Part shown: positions 1-9,900 of the stretch, in pieces
Layout: every line of letters begins with the position of its first letter
Numbering within the stretch: position 1 is the stretch's first letter
NCBI GenBank assembly: GCA_013115145.1
Contig: JAAPAO010000132.1
Location: 1 to 64,000 of the forward strand
Origin: Perkinsus chesapeaki ATCC PRA-425
Taxonomy: Eukaryota > Protista > Perkinsozoa
Length of the DNA stretch: 64,000 bases
Direction: 5' to 3'
Notes under the pieces: generated by a model
Seen by the model: only the letters and a program-made list of their open reading frames with translations
The model's database searches: none
What the model was told of the DNA's origin: nothing
Program-made: the position numbers and the translations under genes

Positions 1-960
1 GCTCAAGACGACGACTAACTGGAAGGTTACTTACACGTCCGACTGTGAAGCAGAGATACCACGGAAGGACCTTCCTTTAGCTTCTTCAAGATCAACTTTT
101 ACAGGGCTAACAGCCATTGGAAATATTATTACAACAACTGAGAAGATTATGATTGTTATGACGTCAGACGATTATCCCTCTAGCTTAAATGGTAAACTCT
201 AGCTAGCCCTGGTAAGAGGCGCCAGCTTGACAGTCAGATTATATCAACGGCTTAAGTAACGATCACAACAGGACAAGACTGTAAGACTCTGGTATATAAC
301 ATCATATCTACCAAAGTGAGGGGACAAGCTGTGGCACTAGGCTGGTAGAGAGTAGGAGCTGAAACGAGTAATATGTGGGTAGTGTAGGGGGGACAGCGTG
401 ACACAAAGAAGTCACCCAAGTTGGGTGATGAGTATTCAGTGCTGATTAGTTGTTTCGGTTGGATGGATTATGTAGGTATTGGGCCTTAAGGGAGGATACA
501 AGTAATAATATAATGTATAAATGACGATATAGTGCCATATTGTTGAAGCAAAGGATAGAGATTCTCAAGATACCATGTCCCATCGACCACGACCTCTTGG
601 AGAACAGAACAACCTTGTTGCAGTCCCTTGATTGAATTTACTACGGAATAGATTTGTTAAAGGTGTGACTTTCGATATTTCAGCGAAACTGTAGTGTATA
701 TCCTTTACCACACAACTTCCTATCTGTGCAAATTTACCATCCTTCACCATATGCTTACAACCACCAGCACTGTACAGCTCCCCGAAGCTGTTCTACCACT
801 TCTACCTCCACAACCAGGAAGCGGATGACTGGGTCAGATCGCCTCCACTGTGCAGTCGTTTATGGGTGCGAAACTGCTTAATGAGGCACCCCCTATTATG
901 GGTGCGAAACTGCTTAATGAGGCACCCCCTATTATGCATTATTTACTATCCCTAACTAAA
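1..960 (+). other. Unresolved exon-like fragments, possibly the end of an upstream gene or a gene remnant
   Basis: Open stretches with coding-like codon use (e.g. ~770-830 reads ALYSSPKLFYHFYLHNQEADDW followed by GT), but I could not build a consistent model or recognise a homologue. Confidence 0.2.
860..936. repeat. Exact 36-bp tandem duplication (2 copies plus 5 nt)
   Basis: TTATGGGTGCGAAACTGCTTAATGAGGCACCCCCTA at 860-895 and 896-931, then TTATG. Each unit contains the inverted pair GGGTGC/GCACCC. Confidence 0.95.
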
Positions 961-1399
961 GTAATCTGAAGTATTCATGTTTTGAATGCTAGTGGTCCTC
1001 ATATGTTTACTTCGTTCTGCTGATTTACTAATATTAGATCGTTACCATCCTTCCACGGACATTTTTTCGAAAGGCCTTCTTACGACATTGGTTCTAGGGT
1101 ACGTAATAAGTCGCTACAGTCTAGTAACCCACAACTCATTCTACTGTAACAATTTTGATGGATAAATGACGGTGTGGCAGGCAGTGTGTCTTGGCATGTG
1201 CCAAGTGGGAGAGAGAGCGCTGCAAGAGTCGTAAAGATGCTCTCCTAACGAACTCCACAGAAAGTGGTGGGCTAATTCGGGATTCGATTTAAAGATCACC
1301 CGGTTAAAGGCCCTCTCACAGTCCCTAGCCTCGTACCTTGAACTTTAACGAAACTGGTTCTGGAACTGGTTTTGGGAATCGGAACCAGTTTAATGAACG

Positions 1400-3502
1400 A
1401 GCCGCCTGTGGGGAACATGTTCTAGAGAATTGATCTTGTGGTCGACGCAGGTTCGATCCGACGCGTTGACATTTTAATCCGTGATGTGGGTTTATAAAGG
1501 TTATCACACATGGAATTGTTGCTAGCCTCTGATAATCCCATTATAGATTCTCCCTCATTCTCGTAGCAGCCCGTATCACTTTCCCTGTAATGCCATCCAG
1601 ACCATCATCATCCCGTAGCTCCCCTTTAATATCTGCGGTAATGTCCACGGCTAACTGTGACTTCTTAGATGCAGCTCGAAGGGGAGACTTTGTCACTTGT
1701 AAGGCTATTAGAGACAATGATGGTAGTAGTAATATCTAATCCTTCACTCACATTGGCCTTCTTAGAATCTGTTGACATTAACTCGACATCACCGGATACC
1801 GGTATGAGCGCTGCTCATTACTGCGTGTTGGGAGGGGGCGACAGAGATGTTATGGAATGGTTGAATAAAGAGGTTAGATGCAGATGTCCGTAAGTTGTAT
1901 GATAAAATATCTTTTAGGGCATTGATTGGCATATTCGTGACCTGGACAATCGGACTCCTCTACAATGTGCCATTCAAAGGTCGGCTCAGACGGCAGTAGA
2001 CTTCTTCGTCTCTAATGTGTTTGAGTGAGTATCCGAGCTTCAAGCTTGCATATATTGCCTATTAGTCCTGTTCAAAGCTTATTCTACGTCCATTTTGATG
2101 AGCTCCCCTCAGATGATACTCTAGTTAGTATCATTAATGATAAATCCATTCCAGAAAAGCAGCTCACGCAAATGTAATAGAAGAGGGATTTTATCTCTCT
2201 GTATGGCTGTCGCAGGTTTCCCCAGTTCAATGGTATGCAATTATGTCATTTGCTTGCTGAATGTTCCCGTAGAGCTCCACTAGATGCAGTAAGCTCTTAA
2301 CAGAATGACCCAACATACCCTTGGTCCTCTGTTAGCTTGCTTCCCGTATAAAGACACCATTGTCATCCGTGTTGGATTGTGATGGCAACGGTTGCCTTCA
2401 TTATGCCAGTGCGAATGCCCTCATCAGACTTCAGCGGAAGATGATGCCTGAAGATAATGAAGATGAGGATGATGAAGAGGAGGAGATGAAAGTCTAGTAA
2501 TTCTGGGGGCGGGTTCAGATCGATGGTCAATTCGGCGTTCAGCGTTCCCTCGCCTGAGGTCCTCCAAGAGGTACTCAATACCATTGAGGACTTGGCCAAG
2601 GTTCATGGTGTTGATATTAATCAAACTAATGATAGTGGTGACACAGCGAGTCACTTAGTGAGGCCTAGCCCGATCTCTGTAACATTATAGTCTCGTATTA
2701 GGTGGCTGGAGTAGCTCCTACAGGGGAGATAGCACTCGCCTTCCTGCAGACTCTTCACCATCTCGGTGGCGATATGCGAGGTAGCTGCTCATGATGATGA
2801 TGATGTGTTCCGCAGGGTTTTATCTCGTTAGTTCGGAACTGTGATTCCCAATGTGTTGGTATGATACTAGCAGAGATGCATGGTAATGGCCCATGGATCG
2901 ATTGGATTATATCTGAGGCTGGATGTGATCCCATTGCCACTAGTGCTGAGGGGCTTACTATTCAGCAATATGTAATAGAGGGTATCTAGCGGGATTAAAG
3001 GCGTGTATTTTCATCAACTTGTTTGATGATATTATCGTACACCCGAGCTTCAACATGTAGAATTCATCAAGTGGGCATTTCAGAAGCCGTGCAACACCAG
3101 AGTCGGCATTAATAGGTTTGTGACATTATAAGAATTGAATTCTTTATAATAACTTTTATGCTGGAGTAACTTCACCTGCAGTCAATGAACGGCGATGCAT
3201 GATGATCTCGTATAAGCAGTATTGTAGGACCATCTATCTGTCGACCATATTAGCTCCCTTAGTAGTTCCAATGATAGTGCAATGGAGTGTCGATGCCTTC
3301 GTTGAAATGTTAAAGCTACCCTCTTATCTAGGCTAATGAGCACGATGAAGACTGGGATAGCTCTTCCACTTCCTCCTCGACATCATCCGACTATGATGTT
3401 ATATCGCCATCACTAGTGGGAGGTTTGGGTGTCATACAAGAGGAGGATGAAGAAGAGGAAGAAGATGAAGAGGACGACGAAGATATACAGGATGCTGATT
3501 AG
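1400..3502 (+). CDS. Multi-exon ankyrin-repeat protein with acidic tracts (5' end uncertain)
   Basis: Exons read LILWSTQG|LSHMELLLAS, DINSTSPDTGMSAAHYCVLGG, DLDNRTPLQCAIQ, DCDGNGCLHYASAN and DINQTNDSGDTASHL, all ankyrin-like. It ends ...EEDEEDDEDIQDAD-TAG (3500-3502). A 49-nt GT-AG intron lies at 1451-1499. Confidence 0.6.
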
Positions 3503-3514
3503 GTCGTATATATA

Positions 3515-3567
3515 ACCAGCTCGCTGGGATTTGAACCCGCGACCTTATGGTCTTTAGGTTGCAACCA
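3515..3567 (-). pseudogene. tRNA-derived element: 3' half with B box and T-arm, no recognisable D-arm or A box
   Basis: Minus strand reads TGG-TT-GCA-A-cctaaag-A-CCATA-AGGTC-GCGGG-TTCAAAT-CCC(A)GC-GAGCTGG-T. This gives a canonical variable region AGGTC, B box GGTTCAAATCC and a T-stem with one bulged A. The upstream sequence does not fold as a D-arm. Confidence 0.55.
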
Positions 3568-3853
3568 GGTGTAGATAATATCGGTTGGAATCTGCGGTAT
3601 TTGTCTTCTTCTTCTTCCCTTTCTTCTTCGTCTCTAATCCTCTTTCTCTCCTACTCGATGATGATGACGGCAGCAGGTAGCCCCCCAACGTTAATATCCA
3701 CTCACCAACGTAAAACCAACGTAAACTTCCTTGATTGTTTCTATACCACCACCACTAACAAATTATCCATAATGATGTTTCCAAATACAACTGTTGTGTG
3801 GTTCATCTCCCCCCTCCCTAACACACGTTCCCTGCAGCCTTCCTCTTGCTTTA

Positions 3854-6541
3854 ATGGCTGCTTCATCGCCTACTAGCTGGCAGCTCTATAAGAGGCTAAC
3901 TGCGGCAGCCTCTCGTTCCTTTAGAAGCAAGTCCGGCAGCACTCATGCCACACCAGAGGAAGGGTCATCAACACCTTCTTCCTCATCGTCGGACCAAGGC
4001 GAGTCGACTACTAGTGGTTTCGTCTTTGTCTACTTGAAATGGCTTCATAAGCTTCGCTGGGTTACCATACCATTGGTCATCGGTCTAGTTGTGGCTGGCG
4101 TATTCGGTTTGATTAACGTCTTCAATGTTACTGATGATGACTTTGCTATTCCCCCGGGAACTAGGTCATACGAGAACCAGGAGAAGTACAACAGATGGTA
4201 CGCTCCTATTCCATCTCATACCACTCCTTCTCCAACTCCCAGCCCAACCCCTCCCCCTCAGCCAACACAGCCACCCCTACGGTACACACCTAGTGAGACC
4301 ATGCTGATACAGAGGCTTGATGGCACTTCACTGCTTGATGATAATCTACTATATAACGTGACGCGTTATGTCTATGATAAGTGGCCAGCACCAGAGTACC
4401 TGTTGACCAGTTATATAGCATACAAGGAGAATGGTGACCTACTGAAGGCAGAGGTGCTTATATCGGGCAATCACAGTGCTACTATGATGCAAGTGTGGTT
4501 TGAGGAAAGCCTTTCCGGGCAAGTCAGACAGCTGGAACATGAGATGGTCGAAGGTCTCTACAATGAATTTGGTTCAGACATAATTTTCGCAGGCTTCACC
4601 GGCACTTACACTAACGATATCGAAGCCAAAGTCATGACCGAACAAGAAGTCCTTCACTCGGATGCCATTGTGATTCCTGTTAGTTTCGTCTTGCTTGCTT
4701 TGGTTGTCCGTTCCTGGCGTATGATCCTCATTCCACTGGTGTCTATAGTCGTTACTGCTAGTTTCTCGGCTGGCCTATTATATCTCATTGCACGCTATTG
4801 GTTGAAGGTAACCTCAGCAGCTCCTGCTGTGATAGCCTTCCTTATAGTGGCATTATCCTTCGACTATTCGTTATTCATTCTTACTCGTTTCCGAGAGGAA
4901 ATCCAAGAGCACGGCCATACACCATTCGAGGCTCTAGGACTCAGCGTCCGTCACAGCGGCCATGTTATTATGGGATCTGGTTCAACGCTTACACTTTGCT
5001 TTATTGGTTTACTATTTATCCCTATTGTACAGTTCCGGTCTCTGGGAGCTGGCCTTATGATAGCTGTTATTCTAGCGGTTATCACTAACTTGACAGTCAT
5101 TCCTACACTCATGCTGTCCTTTCCTAAATTCTTTTCTACCTTTGGTTTCTTCGGTATCTCTAAGATTTTCAAAAGTTGTTCTTCGAGAATACCCCGACCT
5201 AAGATACCTTGCTGGTTCCACTGGGCAAAGTTTACGACTAAATGGTATTCAACTATTCTCGCTGTTGCCATAATAATCGGCCTTGGTGTTCCCTTTACTA
5301 TATTTGTCACCGAAATGGAGACCTCACCAGACATGACACTACTGCAGCCTCGTGGGATGTCCACAGCTGAGACCCTAGAACGTATCCAGGAGTCCTTCTC
5401 GCCTGGACTCTGGGCACCTTATACCATCATGCTTGGTTCTAAGCAGGGTGATATATTTGAGAGCAAAGAGTACTGGGAAGCGGCTCAAAGCTTCCAGGAG
5501 GAATTGGCACACAACTTGCTCGTAGGCCAGAACACTTCTATTCTTGCGAGCGTTATGTTCATGAAGCTTGACAGTGTCCCCACTATCTCTATGCCTTACT
5601 CTATGGCTAAGTTCGCTACCGGCCCTCTATGCAAGCTGAGTGTTTGTAGCTACTTTCAAGAAGGACTAGCGGTCACTGTTAACCCAGCTGGCACTGCTGT
5701 CACTGCCACCCTTATTGCAGACCAAGCACCTACTTCTACTGCCTCTGAGAAGTTCGTCTATGATCTACGCGCCTTAGTAGATAAATACAACTCTGAGTAC
5801 GGTGATGTTATTGAGATTCTGGAAAACGGTATTAGTTGCCAAACCTATGATTCTAATAGAGCTGTTATGAGCAGCTTCGTTGTGACTCTAGGTGTTATCT
5901 TGGCAATATGTATCATCGTTGTTGGTTTCCTTTATCAATCCGTACTCATTCCACTAAGATCTGTGGTTACTATATACATCACACTGGTGTTCTCTTTTGG
6001 CTTCACTATAGGCGTATTCCAGCTAGGCTGGTTCGATGGTCTCAATTGTGCAACTCTATCCTCAGAAGTGTCTCAAGGTCTCTCCTGGGTTGTGGTGCCG
6101 ATATGCTTCGCAGTAGTCCTTGGCCTGAGCCTCGATTACGAGATTTTCCTGCTCGGCCGGATAACGGAGGCTCGAAAGCTTGGTTACGGTGACAAGGCCT
6201 CTATCGAGATCGGCGTATGGAAGACGGGTTCTGTTATCTCCATGGCCGGTGTAATCATGGCAGTTGCCTTCCTTGGGTTGGTGCTAACATCTAGCCCTAT
6301 GCTCAACCAAGCCGGCTTCTTGCTTGTTGTTGCCGTCCTATTGGATACCTTCGTCGTGAGACCCTTCATGACACCTGCTTTAATGGCTATTCTTGGACGG
6401 TGGAATTGGTGGCCGCACAAGACGACACCGGTGCGTTACAATGACAGCAAGTACCTTCTTGATTTAGAGCAGGGAACTAGTTCTGAGGCAGCTACAGTTG
6501 ATGATACTTCCTCTACTACACCATCATCATCTGAAGTCTAG
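3854..6541 (+). CDS. MmpL/RND-family multi-pass transporter, intronless
   Basis: Single ORF; first ATG at 3854. Two repeats, each of one TM helix, a soluble loop and five TM helices. Motifs ALSFDYSLFILTRFREE and GLSLDYEIFLLGRITE match the MmpL TM4/TM10 Asp-Tyr motifs. Confidence 0.9.
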   Translation: MAASSPTSWQLYKRLTAAASRSFRSKSGSTHATPEEGSSTPSSSSSDQGESTTSGFVFVYLKWLHKLRWVTIPLVIGLVVAGVFGLINVFNVTDDDFAIPPGTRSYENQEKYNRWYAPIPSHTTPSPTPSPTPPPQPTQPPLRYTPSETMLIQRLDGTSLLDDNLLYNVTRYVYDKWPAPEYLLTSYIAYKENGDLLKAEVLISGNHSATMMQVWFEESLSGQVRQLEHEMVEGLYNEFGSDIIFAGFTGTYTNDIEAKVMTEQEVLHSDAIVIPVSFVLLALVVRSWRMILIPLVSIVVTASFSAGLLYLIARYWLKVTSAAPAVIAFLIVALSFDYSLFILTRFREEIQEHGHTPFEALGLSVRHSGHVIMGSGSTLTLCFIGLLFIPIVQFRSLGAGLMIAVILAVITNLTVIPTLMLSFPKFFSTFGFFGISKIFKSCSSRIPRPKIPCWFHWAKFTTKWYSTILAVAIIIGLGVPFTIFVTEMETSPDMTLLQPRGMSTAETLERIQESFSPGLWAPYTIMLGSKQGDIFESKEYWEAAQSFQEELAHNLLVGQNTSILASVMFMKLDSVPTISMPYSMAKFATGPLCKLSVCSYFQEGLAVTVNPAGTAVTATLIADQAPTSTASEKFVYDLRALVDKYNSEYGDVIEILENGISCQTYDSNRAVMSSFVVTLGVILAICIIVVGFLYQSVLIPLRSVVTIYITLVFSFGFTIGVFQLGWFDGLNCATLSSEVSQGLSWVVVPICFAVVLGLSLDYEIFLLGRITEARKLGYGDKASIEIGVWKTGSVISMAGVIMAVAFLGLVLTSSPMLNQAGFLLVVAVLLDTFVVRPFMTPALMAILGRWNWWPHKTTPVRYNDSKYLLDLEQGTSSEAATVDDTSSTTPSSSEV

Positions 6542-6927
6542 CCTTCGACGACTATTGTCTATAACACTGTGTGTTGCCAGTGTGTCTACGTTCTGTCTAA
6601 GTTGTTCCTGTATCAAATATCCACTGCGTACTGCGTTGAACTCCTTGTCTCAAGTTACCCCATTATGTTCCTACTATTGTTATAAGACATTCCCTTTCTA
6701 ATGTTGTTCTTTCGGTTGTGGTGACCAATATTCACCACATCTCATATTTATCGTTTCTACAACATACTTGCTGCGGCTTTATCTCTTCGGTTTGAGGATT
6801 GTTTGCTAACTGGAGATAGTTCTCGTGTTTGACTGCTCTGTTGTTGTAGTTCGTGGCCACTCAAGTGCGAGTTGTGTTCTAGTTGTTACACTCGAAAGCC
6901 AAACAGTAAAAGTGAATATGAAACTTT

Positions 6928-9900
6928 CTATTTGAGAGTATCCAAGTAGTTCAAGGCGTCGAAGTCTAAAAACACATAATCAAATAAGTTGTCAATAACC
7001 CTTCGCGTTGCAAGAGGGAAATGTAGCTTCAACATTCTCTTGTGGATACGAAGCCACAGACCAACCGATTGGAATAAGTGCGGTTCGCTGTGCTTCTTTC
7101 TGATGAGGAATTTATGTGATTCCTTGTATGCCACCGTATTGCAAAGAGCTGTCAAATGCCGCAGTATCTGAAGACTTATTTAGTGACAGTGTGGAGTTGG
7201 GGAGAGTCACCTCGGCATGCTCGGGAGTGTACTCCTTATAAAACGCTCGCCGAGGGGCAGTGGTTCCCCTTCTCCTTTGCGTCCTCTTTTTGGTGAATAC
7301 TGGTAAGGGCCCAACTTCTGACGGCGTTTCACCTGGAGGACAAGTACCACAGCAGCATGGTCCGAAGCAAGAGCGGCAGCTTACGGTCCATGTTGGCGAG
7401 GTCTGAGTCGGAGCTACTGCTGCTACTGCTACTGCTAGTCTCTCGTTGGGCCTCTCGAGCGTTCTTTCTAGCTGCGTAACTCAAGTCGACATCCTCACCG
7501 TTGGGGTCTGACGTGGCAAAAGGTTTAAGAGCAAAGTTGCTACTGGCAACTCACTGTATACGGACGGCGTTAATGCCGAGAAGGGATTAGCGGCCAATAG
7601 CCTCTTCAACGACGCTGCTTCACCGTCCTCCCCCTCCGAAGAGGAAGATGAGGGTTCGGAGTCTTCAACGCCACCACGGTCAAGATAGGCGTGCCGGTAT
7701 CGACCCAACATGTTCTCTGATCCTGCTCGTCGCATACGAGTTGGGGACGCTCCTGATCAACGGGGAGTGCTCAACACCCTATCCTCTTGGACTTCTTACG
7801 AGCATCATCTTCATCCTCACTATCAGGCTGGCAAAACAACGGCGATGCCCCACCATGTAAACCTGGAACAGAGCTTCAGACAGAGAGGAACGTCAGCAAA
7901 GGGCCTCACCAGACCGGTCGACTTCTCTTACCGACAAGTCTGAAGATGAGGCTGTCGAGGAGGTCGACAAGTCGCTGTACTCCTCCATTGAGGACCTACA
8001 GTGAGGAGTCCACGGAGCATCCGCTCAAGATGGCAGACACCTACATATCTTCATCGGCAGGTTTTTCGTCTTTATCAACATGACCAAGGAACTCCTCTAT
8101 TTCCACAGGGCCGTGCACCACGGGGTCCCATCCTAGATTCAGTAGGGCTTGGTGAGCGCTAGGGACAGAACACAGCAGGGACAGGGCGTATATTGCCGAG
8201 CCTGAGAGATAGTATAAGATAGTCCTCCGGGGAGACTTAGGCCACCTCGGAGGCAGAGGTGCTTGCATTTGGTGGCCATTTTAACGAGGGTCTCCAAAGC
8301 ACCAATATCCTCCATTAAACCAACGCCTAGCTCTCCACCGGCACCGATGTTGGCAAACTGAGCAGGAACATTGCAGATGGGCTAAAGCAGGGCGGCGGCG
8401 GCAGCAGCCTACCATCCACATGTACACTCGGCACTGGGACTGAGCCTCCGCGTTTGACTTCTCAGGGTCACCCGCAAGGCAACGCTCGAGGTGCTCTCGG
8501 GCTTCAACAAGCCACTGAGAAAAGGGATGCATTTCCTCTTCTAAACCGACTAACTTACCGGCATCTTGTTGCGCCGTAACCAGTTGACGCCGGCTGACGT
8601 GCTCGCGAGGGGCCTGCCGGGGAATGGAGGGATAGACATGAAAAAGCACTTACCGACAAATATGAAGCGGAGGGATTATCGAGATGGGAGTGGAGCTACT
8701 GGGCTCGAATCGGATCGGGAACCCAACCGACCGAACACGGATTTTGCCGTCATCACCGAGAATGAAGGTGACGATGACGCCACTCTTCGGGCATTGCCTA
8801 CCGCATTCCTATGTGGGGGACGAGATTGAGGAGGCCTACCAGCGATGATACTTGCCGAAGATGGCCTCCTCTTCACCATCGATGGCGAGGGCGTCCCGGC
8901 GCATGTCTCCAATAGGAATGCTGCACCACTCTGGGTCGGACACCAGCCCGCCTCCGTACACTGAACAATATCTGAGCGGGAATATAGAAGGGGAAGTAGG
9001 GTTAAGCTTACTGTGAACCGATGCAGAGGGCAACTTGCAGACTGTTCTTTTGGGCATCTTCATCAACCTCTAACGGAACAGGAGCTGCCACTACCAGGTG
9101 AGCCAGTGGGCCAGCCTCAAGGATGTTATGAGACTGAAGAGAGTCGGCTGTGGCGATGTTATGACGAAGATGAGCTGACCAGGACTGAGTAAGCCTTCAA
9201 TTGCTTTAATATCTTCACTGATATCCTCCTAGAGACCAGCCCACCAACAGTAAAAGACTCATTGTTGAACTTAACTGAGATATACCAGGGCAGGCGGAGT
9301 AGCCAAGGGTACCTTCAGCGAAGGATCATCGGGTGGAGGGACTGCCAAGGCTGGGCTTACTGTAGGCTCTGATACTTGTAGTTCACAGTGGGCTTTAGAT
9401 ATGACGGGTTCGGCAGGACAAAGGCAGGATCACGCTGGGACTCGGAGGGTGGCGGGAACTCGTCACTTTTGCTGCCGGAGATGCCTGGTGAGGTCTTCTA
9501 GGATGATGAAGATGCAGCGGGTAACTTACCGAGCTTGTCGGCTCTGGTCTTGTCCTCCAACGCTTCACCGTGGAACCCCACAATGGCGTGTTTAACTCGT
9601 TCGGTCCAGAGGAGATCCAGGACGTCAACCTACCGATAGAGAGGTCAATGGTGAAAGGACAGCCCGTATTTAAGTTGCTCAGCAATGGTGCGCGAAAGGG
9701 CAGAAGAGAGGGGAAGGGATAGAAATGAGCTCATCCAACCTCGCAGAAAATGTGTTCCGGGAAATGACCAATTGCTCCAGACATGTGACCGGTAATTTGA
9801 TTGAGAATATGGTTCTAATGAAAGAGTGTTCCTCCTGGTAACAGTTGGTGTTATTCCATGACTCGTGGAGGCAGCAGCCCATCAACATAGCCATCAACTG

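Noticed and set aside
1-7. Window begins GCTCAAG, the 3' end of the dinoflagellate/perkinsid spliced leader
   Set aside because: Only 7 nt are visible at the window edge, which is not distinguishable from chance.
860-936. 36-bp repeat as a CRISPR array or hammerhead ribozyme (TTAATGAG...stem...GAAAC)
   Set aside because: There is no spacer and only two copies in a eukaryotic context. The hammerhead core CUGAUGA is not matched (invariant G absent) and stem II is out of register.
1441-1473. GGTTCGATCC B-box-like word within a hairpin followed by TTTT
   Set aside because: It coincides with an exon/intron junction (CAG|GTTCG) of the ankyrin gene, and the T-stem does not pair.
7200-9300. Plus-strand ORFs and an apparent in-frame TGA near 7508 suggesting a separate gene or readthrough
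   Set aside because: They are explained as antisense shadows of RICTOR exons on the minus strand.
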